A DNA stretch of 64,000 bases from Amphiscolops sp. MND2022 (taxonomy: Eukaryota). The stretch is taken from NCBI GenBank assembly GCA_964187785.1, contig OZ076409.1, positions 52,826,001-52,890,000 of the forward strand, written 5' to 3'. The notes below the pieces were generated by a model. It saw nothing but the letters and a program-made list of their open reading frames with translations. It had not been told where the DNA came from and did not search any database. Shown piece by piece: positions 24,925 to 39,300 of this stretch. The position numbers were made by a program, and so were the translations under genes. The first letter of the stretch is position 1. Each line of letters starts with the position of its first letter.

Positions 24925-26154
24925 AATTTCAGTTACTTGACTATTATAGTTACTAGTAATATATTTACTGGTAAAGTGGTCAAGTAACTAAGTTGAGTGG
25001 AGATAAAGTGGAGTTTTGGCAGAACTTGGAAACGCAACACAGATCATGATTTTCCTCCCCCATTTATGTGGGCGGAAAATAATAAATATAATAAAATAAT
25101 ATATTTTTACATTCGAATGAAAATTTTTGACCTGTTAAAATGAAAAAAATAACCTTTAGATAACTCGCCTAAATTGAGTTTACTTCAACGCGTCGACAGC
25201 CAAATAAATCCGAGAAATCTTAACCCATTGAACTTCGGGTCGAAAATTTTTTCAAAGACTAACAAAAAATATTGGTCTGTTCGTGATGTGATGTTCAGAG
25301 CATACTTTAAGTTTTTGTTGATATTTGTTTCTCGCTAACAATAAAAGTAATTATTGTAGCACAAAATAATGAAATTATTTATTTTTTCCACCCTGAAAAT
25401 AAAATGATTCATTTTTAGCAATAATAAGATTCGAATAAAACACTGAACACCCATGGATACAAGTTTTTAATTTGATTTAAACTTGTAAAAGTTTGAGCAT
25501 AAATGTATTTTCTATATAATGTGTAAAAATTGTCAGCAAATAGTGGGTTTCGGAGAAAGAAGAAATAGGTAAAATCAGTGAACGCATAAAAATGCTCTTT
25601 CGGGTTGGTAGATTGATGCCATGTTGGAAACGGTTTGATGAAGAATTGAAAATCAACAGAACTCTGAAAATATTCGAATTGGGTAAAACGTGATTCAGCC
25701 ATACACGAAAAGGTGCAAATAATTTCAACCAATCAGAACCGTTCAGTAAACGTTTTTGATATAAACAAAATAGGCCTCAGTATTATTCCTGCTATGTCTG
25801 TTAGTTTGAAACGTAACGTCATACAGGTTACTCCCCCACACACCCTCACGCACACACTCACATCCATGCCCCGTCTTCGTGCACAGAATTCAACAATACT
25901 CTACCAGTATTCATAAATAACTTAACATGACATGTGAGTGTGGTGTGTATGTGTGGAGTGGGGGAAAGAAAGTTATGACTTCTGCTATAAAATGATTCCT
26001 AACTTTCCAGATCTAAATTCAGGGAACAGGAATAGCAAAACACTTTTCAGACGTTATTTCTCAGACATTATTCAGATTCTAAATTCAGAAAATTTTAGAA
26101 ATTATTAAATGTCAAAACTTATTATTATGATCTTAAATCTAAGGATGGAATATT

Positions 26155-26432
26155 ATCTAAAATTTAGGGACCGGAATACGATCTAAAGGAAATAAGGTCT
26201 AAAACTTAAGGGCCGGAATAAGATCTAAAGGGAATAAGATCTAAAACTTGAGGACCGGAATAAGATCTAAAGGGATTAAGATCTAAAACTTTAGGACCGG
26301 GATAAGATCTAAAGAGAATAAGATCTAGAACATAAGAACCGGAATAAGATCTGAAGGGAATACGATCCAAAACTGAAATATGATCTAAAGAGAATAAGAT
26401 CTAAAACTTAAGACCGGAATAAGATCTAAAGG
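26155..26432. repeat. Minisatellite, ~42 bp unit built from ggaataagatctaaa sub-repeats
   Basis: Repeated ggaccggaataagatctaaagggaataagatctaaaactt variants, about six units. Confidence 0.9.
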
Positions 26433-27303
26433 ATATCTGCGGTGTTCCTTTAGACGTTATTTCCGGAAGACTCTTAGACGTTATTCGCGCTACTACTAAA
26501 TTTCAATATTTGAGATTTTGCACCCGTTTTGCATTTAGATGCTATCCTTTCTCGCCGGCGATTTGAACTGGAGATTTTCATAAGTTTGACTTTTTCCTTC
26601 AAATTTTTCAAAAGAAAATCGATTACCTTTATCAAAAAAAACTTGATAATTTGCAGAAAATTTGATTAGAAATGATCAGAAAAAACTTTTCAAAAGGTTT
26701 TTTAAAGATTTTTTCAAGGATTCGTGATTCAAAAAAGTATGAAGAAATTCAACCAATCAAAACAGCTGATTTTAATATTCCGCTCTCAAAGTAATTCCCT
26801 AAAAATACCGTACAGAACTTCAAAATGAAAACGTTTTTGTTTTTCTAAACCCGAAAAGTTTGCGAGCAAAAAATTTTCCACCAAAAAATATCAGTAATAC
26901 GAATTTGTTTGCAACACTGGCACTCGTATACTAGTTGTTTACGTCATATTGTAGCTTCTGTGCTCAAAATTCAAGGCAAAATACAAAGTTTCGCGGGTAT
27001 TTTGGGTTTAATTTCCTTGATGTTACTCTGAAAACCCGCCAAATTGTAAAGGAATGCTAGTAAATACCTGAAAAATTAGTGACGTAGCATTAAAATTTTA
27101 AGCATGAAATTTTCATCAAGCAGCTCCCAAAAACCTAATAGATATGCCTTGCAACCTATAAAAACATGTAAAACTTTCGAGCACTTTCAACTATGGCTGA
27201 AAACGCATTGTACCAGTTTTCCCTTCATCTTTGAGAGACTTTCTGCTTTTCTCGGACTTCGTGTTTCGAAGAATTTACTTTCTGACCAATGAATATTTTT
27301 TAG

Positions 27304-30300
27304 CGGCTTGTGTGACAGGAGAAGTAATTTATGCAAGTTTTGTGGACGTGAGTAACAATAACAATCCTGCTCCATCTGAGAATGCGCAACAGACCAATTT
27401 CCGCCTACCACCCAAGTCGTACTCTGGTAAATATTCTTGGGATTAAAGTTTGACGTAAACAGTCCCTTTTTTCGGGTTTTCTAGATACATGTGCAAAATC
27501 AGCCCTTGAGTCTTAAGAAAAGTTTTTTTTAGGAAAAGGTGGCACTTTTTAAGCCTCAAAGGGCAACAAGACGGGTCGTTTCTGATCTTAATTCAGGGAA
27601 AATAGATTTCTCGAAACGAAAGTTTTTGACGAACTTGGCATTTTCAGCTTTCCAAATACCGATGAAACTGAATTTTTCATCGTCGTAGATAGATCCATAT
27701 TAGGGATGTTATAAAAAAATAAAAGCTTTGCAACCCCCCGAATTCAGCTTTTTATTGTCATGCTGGTGGGTCAACTGATAATGGCCAGTGATGTTCTAGA
27801 TAAGTATGAATATTGATAGCCGTATTCCTCAAGTTTTTTTTGTTTTAAAAGTCAATAATAAAATCGTCGTGATCATGGATTTATACTTCAGGGCCGGAGC
27901 ACTTGAAGTTTTTCGGAGAGTTTTGCATGAAGAAAGTGTCAAACAACTCAGTTTACTCTTACACAGTCTGCCCATATTATAACGTTACTCAATTGGATAC
28001 CAACGTGGCTGAATCAGTCGACGTAGCCATCGGGTTAGGTCTCCTCCAAAACTTCTCAATGTATTCAGTGTCCACGAATGACATCTTGTCAGCTCTCGAA
28101 ATGGAATTTCTTTGCAGTTAAAAATTGATAGTATTCGTTTGATCTTTTGATATTTGTCTAGATCTTGGCATGGATGGATCATTGAGAACAACACATACCG
28201 TGGCTGGCACTTCTATGCGGGAGATCCCTGCAGTGGAGATCCCAGACAGGCTTTCGTTAGTCATGTTTTCTCTCCATTCTCAAAAACTCAGTCATCGTAG
28301 TTTATGGGTTGCCAATGACCAAAGTTTAATATATACCTCTCGAACACCTCCAAACTAGTAGCTTATAAAGTTTCCCAAAACTGTTTTCAATTATTGTGCT
28401 TAGTTTGATGTTCATTATGTTATCTACATATAAAATTTTGTCGTTCATTTATGCGATATATCGGTTTTGGTTGCAGGTTCATTTCGAATGTGGAGTTTCC
28501 AACCTGTTGAGCGCAGTATCTGAACCTCAAAAGTGTCAATATCATTTCACAATGACAGGTCCTACTTTCTGCAATTCTGACGCAATGCTAGGTAACTTTA
28601 TCTATGCTTCTTGATACCTCTATGTTGATTCTCATATGAGTTTTATGCATCTCTGTGAGCAATGTAATACACTATGGTACCAAAAAGCTAGACACTCGAT
28701 TTCACTAACATAAAGTTTGAAATCGCAATAAATTTATACTTAACCATTTGACACAAAAATCCCAATAGAAATACAGAGCTATTGTTTTGTTTTGAAATCA
28801 AACAAAATTACAAAATTTATAACACTTAGCTTATTTTTGACATTGGGCATTTCCGAATTCTATCATGCAATAATCTCGAAAACCGCCGTTCGTAACAAAA
28901 AATGCCTTAAACAACCTTTGCTTCAGATCTCTATTTTGACTCAACCACTTTCTGAAAACGACCTCCTTCAGAAATCATTCTGCAAATTGATCACTAAATG
29001 TGAAAATCTATTTTATTCCGTGAAAATATAGTTTCGGTCGAATTAGATGGTTTTTGGCGGTTCATTTTTCAAGAAAGCTTTCAGAAAAAGTTTTGAATAT
29101 AAAATTCGAGAATTCTATCAAGAATACAAAAATGATCGAGAGGTTTTTCTTCTGACCAGTAGTTTTTGAGATATTGCATAATAAATTAGGAAAAACTCAA
29201 AATACTATTTCACATAACCTAAAATTTTCATTCGACTTCAAAACAAAAATTATCGTTGTAATTCTGATCAAAATTTCAAAAAAAATTTTGCTATCGAGTT
29301 TTGTAAAATGAATATTATAAAAGAGAATGCGCTTTGAAAAGCCAAATCGAGTGTCTTTAGATTTTTAATACCATAGTGTAGAAGACGAACTGAAAAAACG
29401 GTTCAGAAGGAGTGACATTACTTAGCAGGGTGGCCATTCGGTCTCCTTTTGTAGACCTGGTCTACTATGGTCTCTTTTGGTCTACTTTGATGGTGTTACT
29501 TAGAAAGGGTAGTTGTTATACAGTTCATTTTCGTTTTTGCTTTAGTGTACCCCTACTTAACCAAAAAGCAGCAGCAGAAATGGGACGTCCTGTACACTCA
29601 TTATATGAACAAGGATATCTCCAAAGAAGTGAGATCAGTTTTATTGTATTTCTGAGTTGTCCTTGTAAAATCTAATAATTTTGTCTAGCCTGTGAGTCGA
29701 AGTGTTTTCTCTTAAAATTCGAAATCACTCTAGTTTTTATGCAAATTTCGAAATTGAAATTTAGGATTACTCTCATGAGTTAGTTTGAGAAATTGGGCAT
29801 TCTGATTTTACGACCAAGGAGAAAATTATTAGGTATAACACCGTTGTTATTTTCGTCAACATCCGGATATTTGCTATTTTTAAATAGTTTCTCTTGCTGT
29901 TGAAAAGTTCAGGCTTTTAACCAAGGTTTTTTTTAACCCAGTTTGCGTTTCCGGTGCGAAATGTTCCAAAAGTGCCAAAAATGCATTTGTCGCAATTTTG
30001 ACAATTTTTAGAAGTTTCCGCTGATTAATTTTTCCACTTTAATTTTCTGGTTAGGGTGCCAACCGAAAGCTAACTACCTTCAGATTTATTTACGTGGAGC
30101 TGATTTTTGAGATTATTGTTTCATTTTCGAGGTGTGCATGATTGAAAGTAGCAAAACATGTTATTTTTTAACGGATTTCAAGATAGTTTTTCCTAGAAAT
30201 TGTTCCAATTAATTAATTCCTTTCAAAGTTTAATCGCAAGCCTATCATGAATATCGAATCAAGTGAACCAGTTTGTCGCACTTTGGTTCGTTATTTTTCA

Positions 30301-33300
30301 GAATCACGGGAAATTATTATTATTTCTGCGATAGTAGAAATATTATTGAAATCCCAAGATGTCTACTTTTTTTCAGTACAATTCTTCGCACGATACTGAA
30401 TAATTCAGATATTTGTTCGGCAGTGACTATAAGCGTGAGAATTAACTTTCTCAAGCTGCCGACATTTCAATTCTCGTGCGATGGAACGAGCGAGTGGTAA
30501 TAATGCATTTGTACGCTGACGTCTTTGAGATGAAGCGAGCGAATGTTCGTAATTATGCGTTAATTATTCGTTCGTTGATAACTTTGCCTGCATTCAAATG
30601 CGAATGCGAAACTTCGTCTACGCTTAGTAGTTATATTTTCTTAAGTCCGAGAAGAATTAAAGACGATGTAAACTTGGATTACGTGCCAAATAACATGAGA
30701 GCAAATAACATAAAAACAAAATTAGTTTCAAATAACAAAAATTGAAACGAATGCCCGGTTAAACAATCGAACTCACGAAATTTTATTTGTAATTTTTATA
30801 CTTTTTTCAGTGAATCTTTTTAATTGTGAATGATTTTGACCAGTAAAACTTTCTCGTAAACAATTTTATTTTTATGTTTAGTGAAACTCATTTCATTTTT
30901 GTTCTTTGAAACTAATTTTGTTTTTGTTATTTTCTCATGTTATTTGGGAATTCACCGTAAACTTGTACAGTGATTAATTGTGCGCTAAATTATGATTAAA
31001 CAGGAGTGTATTGGTATTCCAGATATGATTATATTATTAATGAAAGATTAAAGCAGAAATAATAATGTGCCCCGGAGGGGCCTATTTTCCTTTAAATCAA
31101 AATATCAGTTTTAAGAAAGATGTTTGGAGTCGTCTATCATCATTTTAGTTAGCAGTCAATTTTTAGTCGGCGCTTTTCGAAGAAAAACGCAGACTATAGT
31201 AGTGACTTTTTAAGACCAACGAACTGACAGATTTTATAAATTTTATAAGTAAGCACTAACACTGCTGTCTGGCACTAACATTGTCTGGCACTAACACTAA
31301 ACCACACTGGCATAGAGGTTACGGCTTTTTGAGGTCTGCCAAGCGGAAGGACATGGGTTCGAGTCCCGCCCTTGACCAAATTTTTTTGTGTAGATTTTTT
31401 TCGGCTTTGTGAGACTTTTTCGCAATTTTTTCAATGTCTCCGAAGGGTCCACCCTTCATTTTTTGTCCTATTTTGCAAAAGAATGGATGTTGAGAAACAG
31501 CCAAAGGGCCCCTTTTACATTTTTCGGTACAATGCGACTTACCAGAAACTTCAAAAAAATTCAAAAAAATTTTGGAATTTTTTTTAGGAGTCGGAAAAAA
31601 ATTTTCGACTACTTATGCAATCGTGTTGTTTTTTTTTTCTCCCGACCTTTTCATGAAAATTTCAAATTTCTCAAAAACTGTCCATACGCTTTTCACGAAA
31701 TTTTGCACAGTCATTCTACACCCAAAGGGGCCCCTGCCTGTGCAAAGGCATCAAAATCGTATGGCTGGGATGTGAGAAACATAGCCAAAAGTGGCCAAAA
31801 AACAGCCATTTTTCGACTTTTTTCGATTTTCTCAAAAACTGTCCATACGATTCGAACGAAATTTTCTACAGTTATTCTACACCATATTAGAGTCCTATAT
31901 GTGCAATGGCATCAAAATCGTATGGCTGGGATGTGAGAAACATAGCCAAAATTAGCCCAAAAATGGCCAAAAAACAGCCATTTTTCGACTTTTTTCGATT
32001 TTCTCGAAAACTGTCCATACGACTCGAACGAAATTTTCTACAGATATTCTACACCATATTAGAGTCCTATATGTGCAATGGCATCAAAATCGTATGGCTG
32101 GGATGTGAGAAACATAGCCAAAATTAGCCCAAAAATGGCCAAAAAACAGCCATTTTTCGACTTTTTTCGATTTTCTCAAAAACTGTCCATACGATTCGAA
32201 CGAAATTTTCTACAGATATTCTACCCCATATTAGAGTCCTATATGTGCAATGGCATCAAAATCGTATGGCTGGGATGTGAGAAACATAGCCAAAATTAGC
32301 CCAAAAATGGTCAAAAAAGGGCCATTTTTCGACTTCAGAAAAAAAGACCTCAGCCGACTCCTTTACCGCACATGCGGCTCTGGTTTGGGTACTGTAGAGG
32401 AGAGTACTTGACACTTTGAAGTCCTTTTGCTATTTTTGAGCCTTAGATATGGCGCCGACTTGGGCCGTTCCCGGCTTGTTTCAGCTAGCAGTTAATTACC
32501 AAGGAAACACGTCCATCGGTTGTGTGCAGAAGAACCTTGTTGCCTCTAGTGTGAAATGGATTCCTAAATATTAATTAACTCCAAAATTCTAATATGCAAT
32601 GTCTAAGAATTCCTTTGGAACATCTACGAGAAAGTCGGGAATACACATAAGACTCAAAATCCACATTTTCCCTAACTCGAAACATCCTCGAGAATTTTTT
32701 TCGGAAAAGTCGCATAGTGCCGAAAAACCCAAAAGGAGACGTTGTGAGGCGAAATTTATGAAAATTTATAAAAGTGATCTTACAGGGTGACTGAAAAAAA
32801 ACTTGCCACTGTAAAAGTCTTGCACTTTTTACTAAAAGCGCCGACTAAAAACATGGTGTATTTCAGGTGTATGATGAACTGCTGAATCTCTTTTTTGCAC
32901 AGCAAGGTCTTTTACTGTCAGACGCAGACAAAGATGCATTCTTGGAAGCTCTGCATCGTGAAGAACCCAAAAAGTTTGACGATTTGGCTTCATGTGAACG
33001 GGTCAGTTAACATTTGCTTCACAGAAATAACCAAGCTTGTCATTTCGGTGTTAAATTGTCAGTAGTTGCAAATGATTTGGAAACTGACAGAATCATTGAA
33101 ATTTGCTTCGCCCAGTAAGTCAATTGATGTAAGAGATAGTTTCCCGTCTTTGGTCGTTTGTTTTTTTTCAGACCTTCTGTACCAGTATTCGCAATAATTT
33201 GAATCAGGGTTTTCCAATAACATATCATGTCTAAACAAGTTATCTTTAATGTATTCTCTCGTCGCAGCTAAGCTATTCCAACTTAGTGGAAACACTTTTA

Positions 33301-36300
33301 TTGACAAATTGAACCGTTTACTAAATTATCGTTCGATGTGAACCTCGCCTGCATTCAATTAAGGCAGTCTTTTCGATCTCAAGTAACAAAGCTCATTGGT
33401 CAAATTTTGAATACATACTCTTAATTAAAATTACTAAGTTCGCATTTTCGCAAATTTCTAAAATTGAAAACAAGTTCTAAAAATTTTTAATAATCCTGGC
33501 TGAAACTGCTTGAACTTTTTACAAATTTTTAGTCGGCGCTTCTCGAAGACTATAGTAGTGACTTTTCTTTTTTTTCTTTTTTTAAGGCCAACGAACTGAC
33601 AGATTTCATAAGCTTTATAAGCTGCGCCCGCTAACTGCCACACTTGTAACTTCTACTGCCAATTAGCATAGATGTTAATTAGGATAGTTTTTGATGTCTG
33701 CCAAGCAGAAGGACGTGGGTTCGAGTGTCCCGCCCATGACCAAAAATTTTTTGTGCAGTTTTTTTCGGCTTTGTGAGACTTTTTCGCAATTTTTTAAATG
33801 TCTCCAAAGGGTCCCCCTTCATTTTTTTCCAATTTTGCAAAACAATGGATGTTCAAAAACTCCCAAAAGCCCTCCTTTTACATTTTTCGGCACTATGCGA
33901 CTTACCGGAGACCAAAAAAAATTCGAAAAAAAAACAATTAAAAAAAATTTTATAATTGGAATTTTTTCCTCAAGCGGGTACTGTAGAAGAGAATACTTCA
34001 CACATTGAAGTCCTTCTGCTATTTTTGAGCCTTACATATGGCGCCGACTTGGGCCGTTCCCGGCTTGTTATAGATTGTCAAAGAAATTCGGGGGCTTTTC
34101 ACTCGGCAGAATATCCACTTGTCCAAAAAAAAGGTTTCACACAGCCGAAAGCTACTTAGCACTGTATAATTCTCTGCAATCTGATTGGCTGACGGGGTCG
34201 AACCGGAAGGAAGTCCGTTCAAAGATGAAAAAATGAATTTTTAAATTTCCCCTAGTCAGCTGTGTTCACATACTCCTAGTGCCCTAAATGCAGGAGCGAA
34301 GCGGGGCGACGTGCCATATGGCTATGCCTCAATGTTGCTAGTTGGCGAAGGGAGCGACGCTACCGAGCCATACAACAAATATGCTAAGTTTTTTTTCGAC
34401 TAAGTGAAACCTTTTTTTTTCGACAGAGTGTGAATTTTTTCGGACAAGTGGATTTTCTGCCAAGTGGTTTCATTGTGATTTTACAGTCTTCACGGAAATT
34501 TTCAGGCATTGAAATTCCACTTCCAATTGAATTTGAATGATGCATCCTAAATTTGGCGGCAATTCAGAGCCATGAAGTCTTGCAGGTTTCATTAAGGAGC
34601 AGTTCTATTTTTGAATGTAGCCAAGAACTCATTTTACCATTTTATTGCAAATCAACTTCATGTTATAAATTTCAAATTAGCGTCATCTTCAGGCTGCAAT
34701 CTGACAAGAACATTACCAGATCTGTAGAAGAACTTTTATTGAATAATTTTCTTCCCTTCTTAGAATAGAATAGTTAATTCAATTGGGTAGATCAAAACAT
34801 AGTTGCACTATTGAACTTAACTCTTAAATTGAAACCCTACCAGGATGGGAGATGAGCATAAATGCTCTTCTAGTTCCCACGCTCAAGAACCAAATGTGGC
34901 ACAATTGTAAACCTTATTGGAAAGCTTCCATCAAGGAACAAAATCAAATAATCTTTAATAATACATTGAAAAAGATGTCTATGGTCAACAACGTACAAGG
35001 AGACTAAGTTTCGGATATATTGTCTTACTTGCAGTCTAGTCATGTTTTTTAAGTTCGTGGGCAGCAGTTTCAATTCATTAAATCAATTGTGGGCTTTGCG
35101 TAAAGCATTGGCTAGTGATTTTTTCTTGGTTAATGTTCTACTGTAAATCGAAGGGAGTAATCTTTCAGTCTTTCCTCTGGTATTAGTTGAATTACTTTCG
35201 GAAGTTTTCGATAGATAGTTATTGGGGGCTTGAGACCGAAGTTGTCTGAATAACTCTTTCAAAAGCTCTGCGAATTATAATTCATGTACAGTTAAATTTC
35301 CTATATCTCGCAAAAATATGTTATGGAGTCCATTTTTTCTTGAAGAAAATTGCTCTCGTTATTCTTCGTTGTGCCATTTTGATTTTGCTCAGATATTCAA
35401 TATTCTCCGTGCAAACCAAAATATTTACAATATATTTTACATCGGATTGGTCTAATTTTCAGTGGATGTGGATTTCCAGATCCAAAACACATCTTTTCAC
35501 ATTTGCCAATGTTGATCGTTAACTTATTACTCGTCATCCAGTCAGAAATTGAAACTATTGCCGGTTGCATTGTGAAACTTTCATTTTTCTTTGCGTTAAA
35601 TATAGTATCATCTGCAAACATAGACACTTTACTATTTCAGCTGGAAGAATCCAAGTTATTGATAGAAAGTAGGAAGAGGAAAGGCCCTAAGATGGATCCT
35701 TGTGGAACACCTGTTGTGATCCGTTTTTGATTTGTTTCGTTTCCATTCATGTCTACATATTGCCATCTATCACTGACGTAACTTTTCATCATATCATGAA
35801 TCGAACCTCTATATCCATATTTTTTCATTTTTTGTAACAAGATATTGTGATCCAACGTCTCAAATACTTTCTGCAGATCTATGACACAAGCCTGTCCTAG
35901 AGACGTTCTGTCGATTTCCGTTCTTATGAATTCGGTAATAGACACAATTGCATCTATGCAACACCTTTTTGGCCGGAAACCATATTGATTTCCAGAGATA
36001 ATACTTTTTTTCGCAAAATTTGATCATGCGTGATTGGAGCAATTTCTCAAGCACTTTACTTATAGAGCCTAACAAACTTATTGGTCGATAATATTCTTTT
36101 TTGTCAACCAGTGTGGCTAGAGTGTGCCCCATTTTTCCGTAAAGGCGTTTTTTATCAATTGATGAATTTTACATTACCACTAAATGCAATTATTTCTATA
36201 ACGTCTCCATATAATAGGTTAAGCATTATGAGGTTCTCTTGTGACAGCTTTTTGTATAGTAAAGGAAAAAATGTCTCTTGTCATCATGAGATGCAAGTAA

Positions 36301-39300
36301 CCATTCTGACCTACCAATTCAATGAAATCTCAGACATCATTTGACTGAAGATAAAATCAAATCATTGTGAGGACCTAAAATGTCAAATATAGTGAATTTC
36401 AGTTTCATCCCGATTTTTTTTCGATTCTTAAATTAGAATTCAAAGAACCTAACTACTCTGATTTCAGTGAAGAGTTTTTGCACATGACGAAGTCAATGTA
36501 ATGTGCATTGCAGTCCAGCTAAGAAAGTTTTTTTTTCCACTATAGTCAACTTCATAATGAGCGCTTTTTAGAATAAAGCCAAAACCCCAGAGATTCGAAC
36601 CTGCAGCCTCCCGATTGCACGGCATAAGTGTTGACCACTGTGCCATAGGGACGTTATTGAACAAAGTTGAACTGTTGAATATATACGCATGTGATTAAAA
36701 TAATATATATACGCATATTAAAATAATCGATGTCTTCGTCATGTGTTGCGAAGCACCGCTTCGCCTCTGTGTTGAAATTTTGCAGTGGTAAAAATTGTTA
36801 ATGAAGTTTTGGTTTGTGAAACTTCGATTACGTTATATCATTTTTATTAAGGAGGTATTTTATTTCTGAACCGTTACACGAAAGACCCTATATTCTCGAG
36901 AAGCGATTTAACGATCCCTTTTGAACAGAGTTGGCATGTTTTAAACATTGTTTTTTTGAATGTTTTTTGTACGTTTTTAGTCGGCGCGTTTTCCTTTTAA
37001 GGAAAAATGCCCGACTATAGCAGTGACCTTTTTTTTTCTTTTTTTCTTCAGACTACAATCCTCACACTGATCGGTCCACTTTTTACAATCCTGCGCAGAG
37101 CACCTGAGGCAAGTCCGCCCAAGGCAAACTTTACTCCAAAGGGTCCCCCCTTTCATTTTTTACTTTTTCAAGGAAACATACAAAACCGGACGTGCCCAAA
37201 GGGTCCCCCCTTTGGATTTTTTTCGGAACTGTGCGACTTTTTTTCGAAAATTTTTTAATGTCCCCAAAGGGTCCCCCCTTTGAGTTTTTTGATATTTTGC
37301 AACGGAATGTTTGTTAATAAATCCAGAAGGGTCCCCCCTTTTACATTTTTCGGCACTATGTGACTTCTTTTGAAAGAAAATTTTTTTTCAAAAATTTCAA
37401 TTTTTTTCCAAAAGTGTTTTACGCTTTTTGAGCCTTAGATATGGCGCCGACTTTAGACGTTCTCGTCTTGTTTTCTAATGGTTTGCTCAATGTTTGGAAT
37501 ATTTTTGCGCCTCAAAATTATGTCGTAGTAGAGCAGTTGGGGGCGGAAAATACCTCGCTTGTCAGCGGGCGTCTTTTTTTTGTTTTCAACTGTTGAAAGA
37601 TGCTGAACTCTTTCGATGCTAAAATTTGTTGAATTTCAACAACAAAAACATCCAAAAACTGTAGAAAAACTGCTCAAAATGGTAAATTTTTGGGGTAAAA
37701 TCAGAGTTTTTGGGACCATTTTCCTAACACGAAAAAATGATGTTTTAAACATGTTTTAAACGTTTAAAATGTTTTAAACGTTTTTTTTGTAAAAAAAACA
37801 CATTTTGACCAACACTGCGTTTAAAGTATCATTGTGTTCACAGGAGTACAACTTATTGAAGAAAGAAAATGATATCCTCAAATCTATGACTTCCAAAGGT
37901 TAGTGCCTATGAACAATGTTATAATCCTAACATCTATTCAATAAATTAGACACTGAAGTTAATCAACTGAAACATCGGTTCAATTGACTCAAAGGTACTG
38001 ATCTGAATTGAGATGATGTGTGATAACTGCTATTAAATGAATGTAAATTAAATCATAATAATTATTACGCAATGATGCCTAGAAATTCAGACCTAATGCC
38101 CTGTTGGAGCAGCCAGAAAACATTTCTGATCAAGGCCGCGACTTTCGTGCGTAAAAAACAGTCCTATGTGATTTAAAAGACAGGCAAAATAAGCGTTAAA
38201 AGAGGTTTTTCAGAAGAAAAATCGGACCATGTGTTCAATTTTCCCCCAGGTACACCTTGTTGCGAATCCCCCCCCCCCCGACACGAAAGCACATTTTGTT
38301 CTTGAATAAAAATATTTCACTAATAAGAGAATATTATATGAATGTGAATACTTGAAGGATTGTCTCTACAACTGTTTTGACACTTCAGGCAAAAAATTAC
38401 CCTAATTTTTTGATAATATTGTCCAAAATAGCAGAAATCCACGTTTGGAACGAGCTAAAATCGTATAAATTGGCCCCTATTTCAACGCAAATTTTCTCCA
38501 TGATAAAATCTAATGAGCAATTTCTAACTGGCAGTCAATGTAATGGATAGGATTATGTCGTCATCAATTATTTTATTGGACCAAAATTCTAACACAAACG
38601 ATGTCGACATTATGGTATTTGAACCTTGTGTCTTATTTCCCTCCTGCGGCCGCTCGAAATTTTTTCATTGCAACAGTTTGTTACCAATAAATTACAGCAT
38701 ACTTCTTCAAATTTTCGGGTCAAAGTGAAAGTCTCTGAGGTCCCTGAAATTCCTCAATGCTAGAAAATGCTCTTCCCACTTCTGCCGACAAAAGGAGAAT
38801 TTTTGAATTTAAGTTCATCCAATTGGTCAATAGGATCTGTGGGCTGTTTTCCGTCCAAAATGTCCTTGAAGTATGCCATTTTCTTTAAATCGGGATTCTT
38901 TTCTATAACATTGTCCAATTTTTCTTGAAATGGCGTCACTGAGATGGAATCTTTAGCTTTCCCCAGAATATTCAGTCTTTCCTGAATATTTAGACGCCCT
39001 TGGATTTTTTTCAATTGACTCAATTTAAAGACAAGTTGGCACCATGGATAGAAGGTCGCAAAAATAACGGACTCCTGAAGCATAAAAACTTCTTCTTGGA
39101 GCATAAAAACTATAAATTGTTCAAAAACGTCAAATTTTCTGTGAAGAAGAATACGCACATCAACCAAGTGTTCCAACGTGTAATAACAGGCTTTGGAGGT
39201 GATGGCAAACCTGTAATTTCTTTGTAAAGTCTCTGTCTTCGCGGCGAGTTCTTGAATACCTTTTTAATTTTCATCCAAAAATTGTCAACCAAACTGCTTC

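Noticed and set aside
27104..27292. First (signal peptide) exon of GNPTG
   Set aside because: No hydrophobic signal peptide and no convincing phase-compatible donor.
28670..29378. Transib/RSS-like element because the TIR starts CACTATGG
   Set aside because: The flanks show a TA duplication, not the 5-bp TSD expected for Transib.
31409..31936. 175-aa ORF and similar F/K-rich ORFs (e.g. 33691, 42790, 44824, 45230)
   Set aside because: They lie wholly within non-autonomous repeats and are low-complexity chance ORFs.
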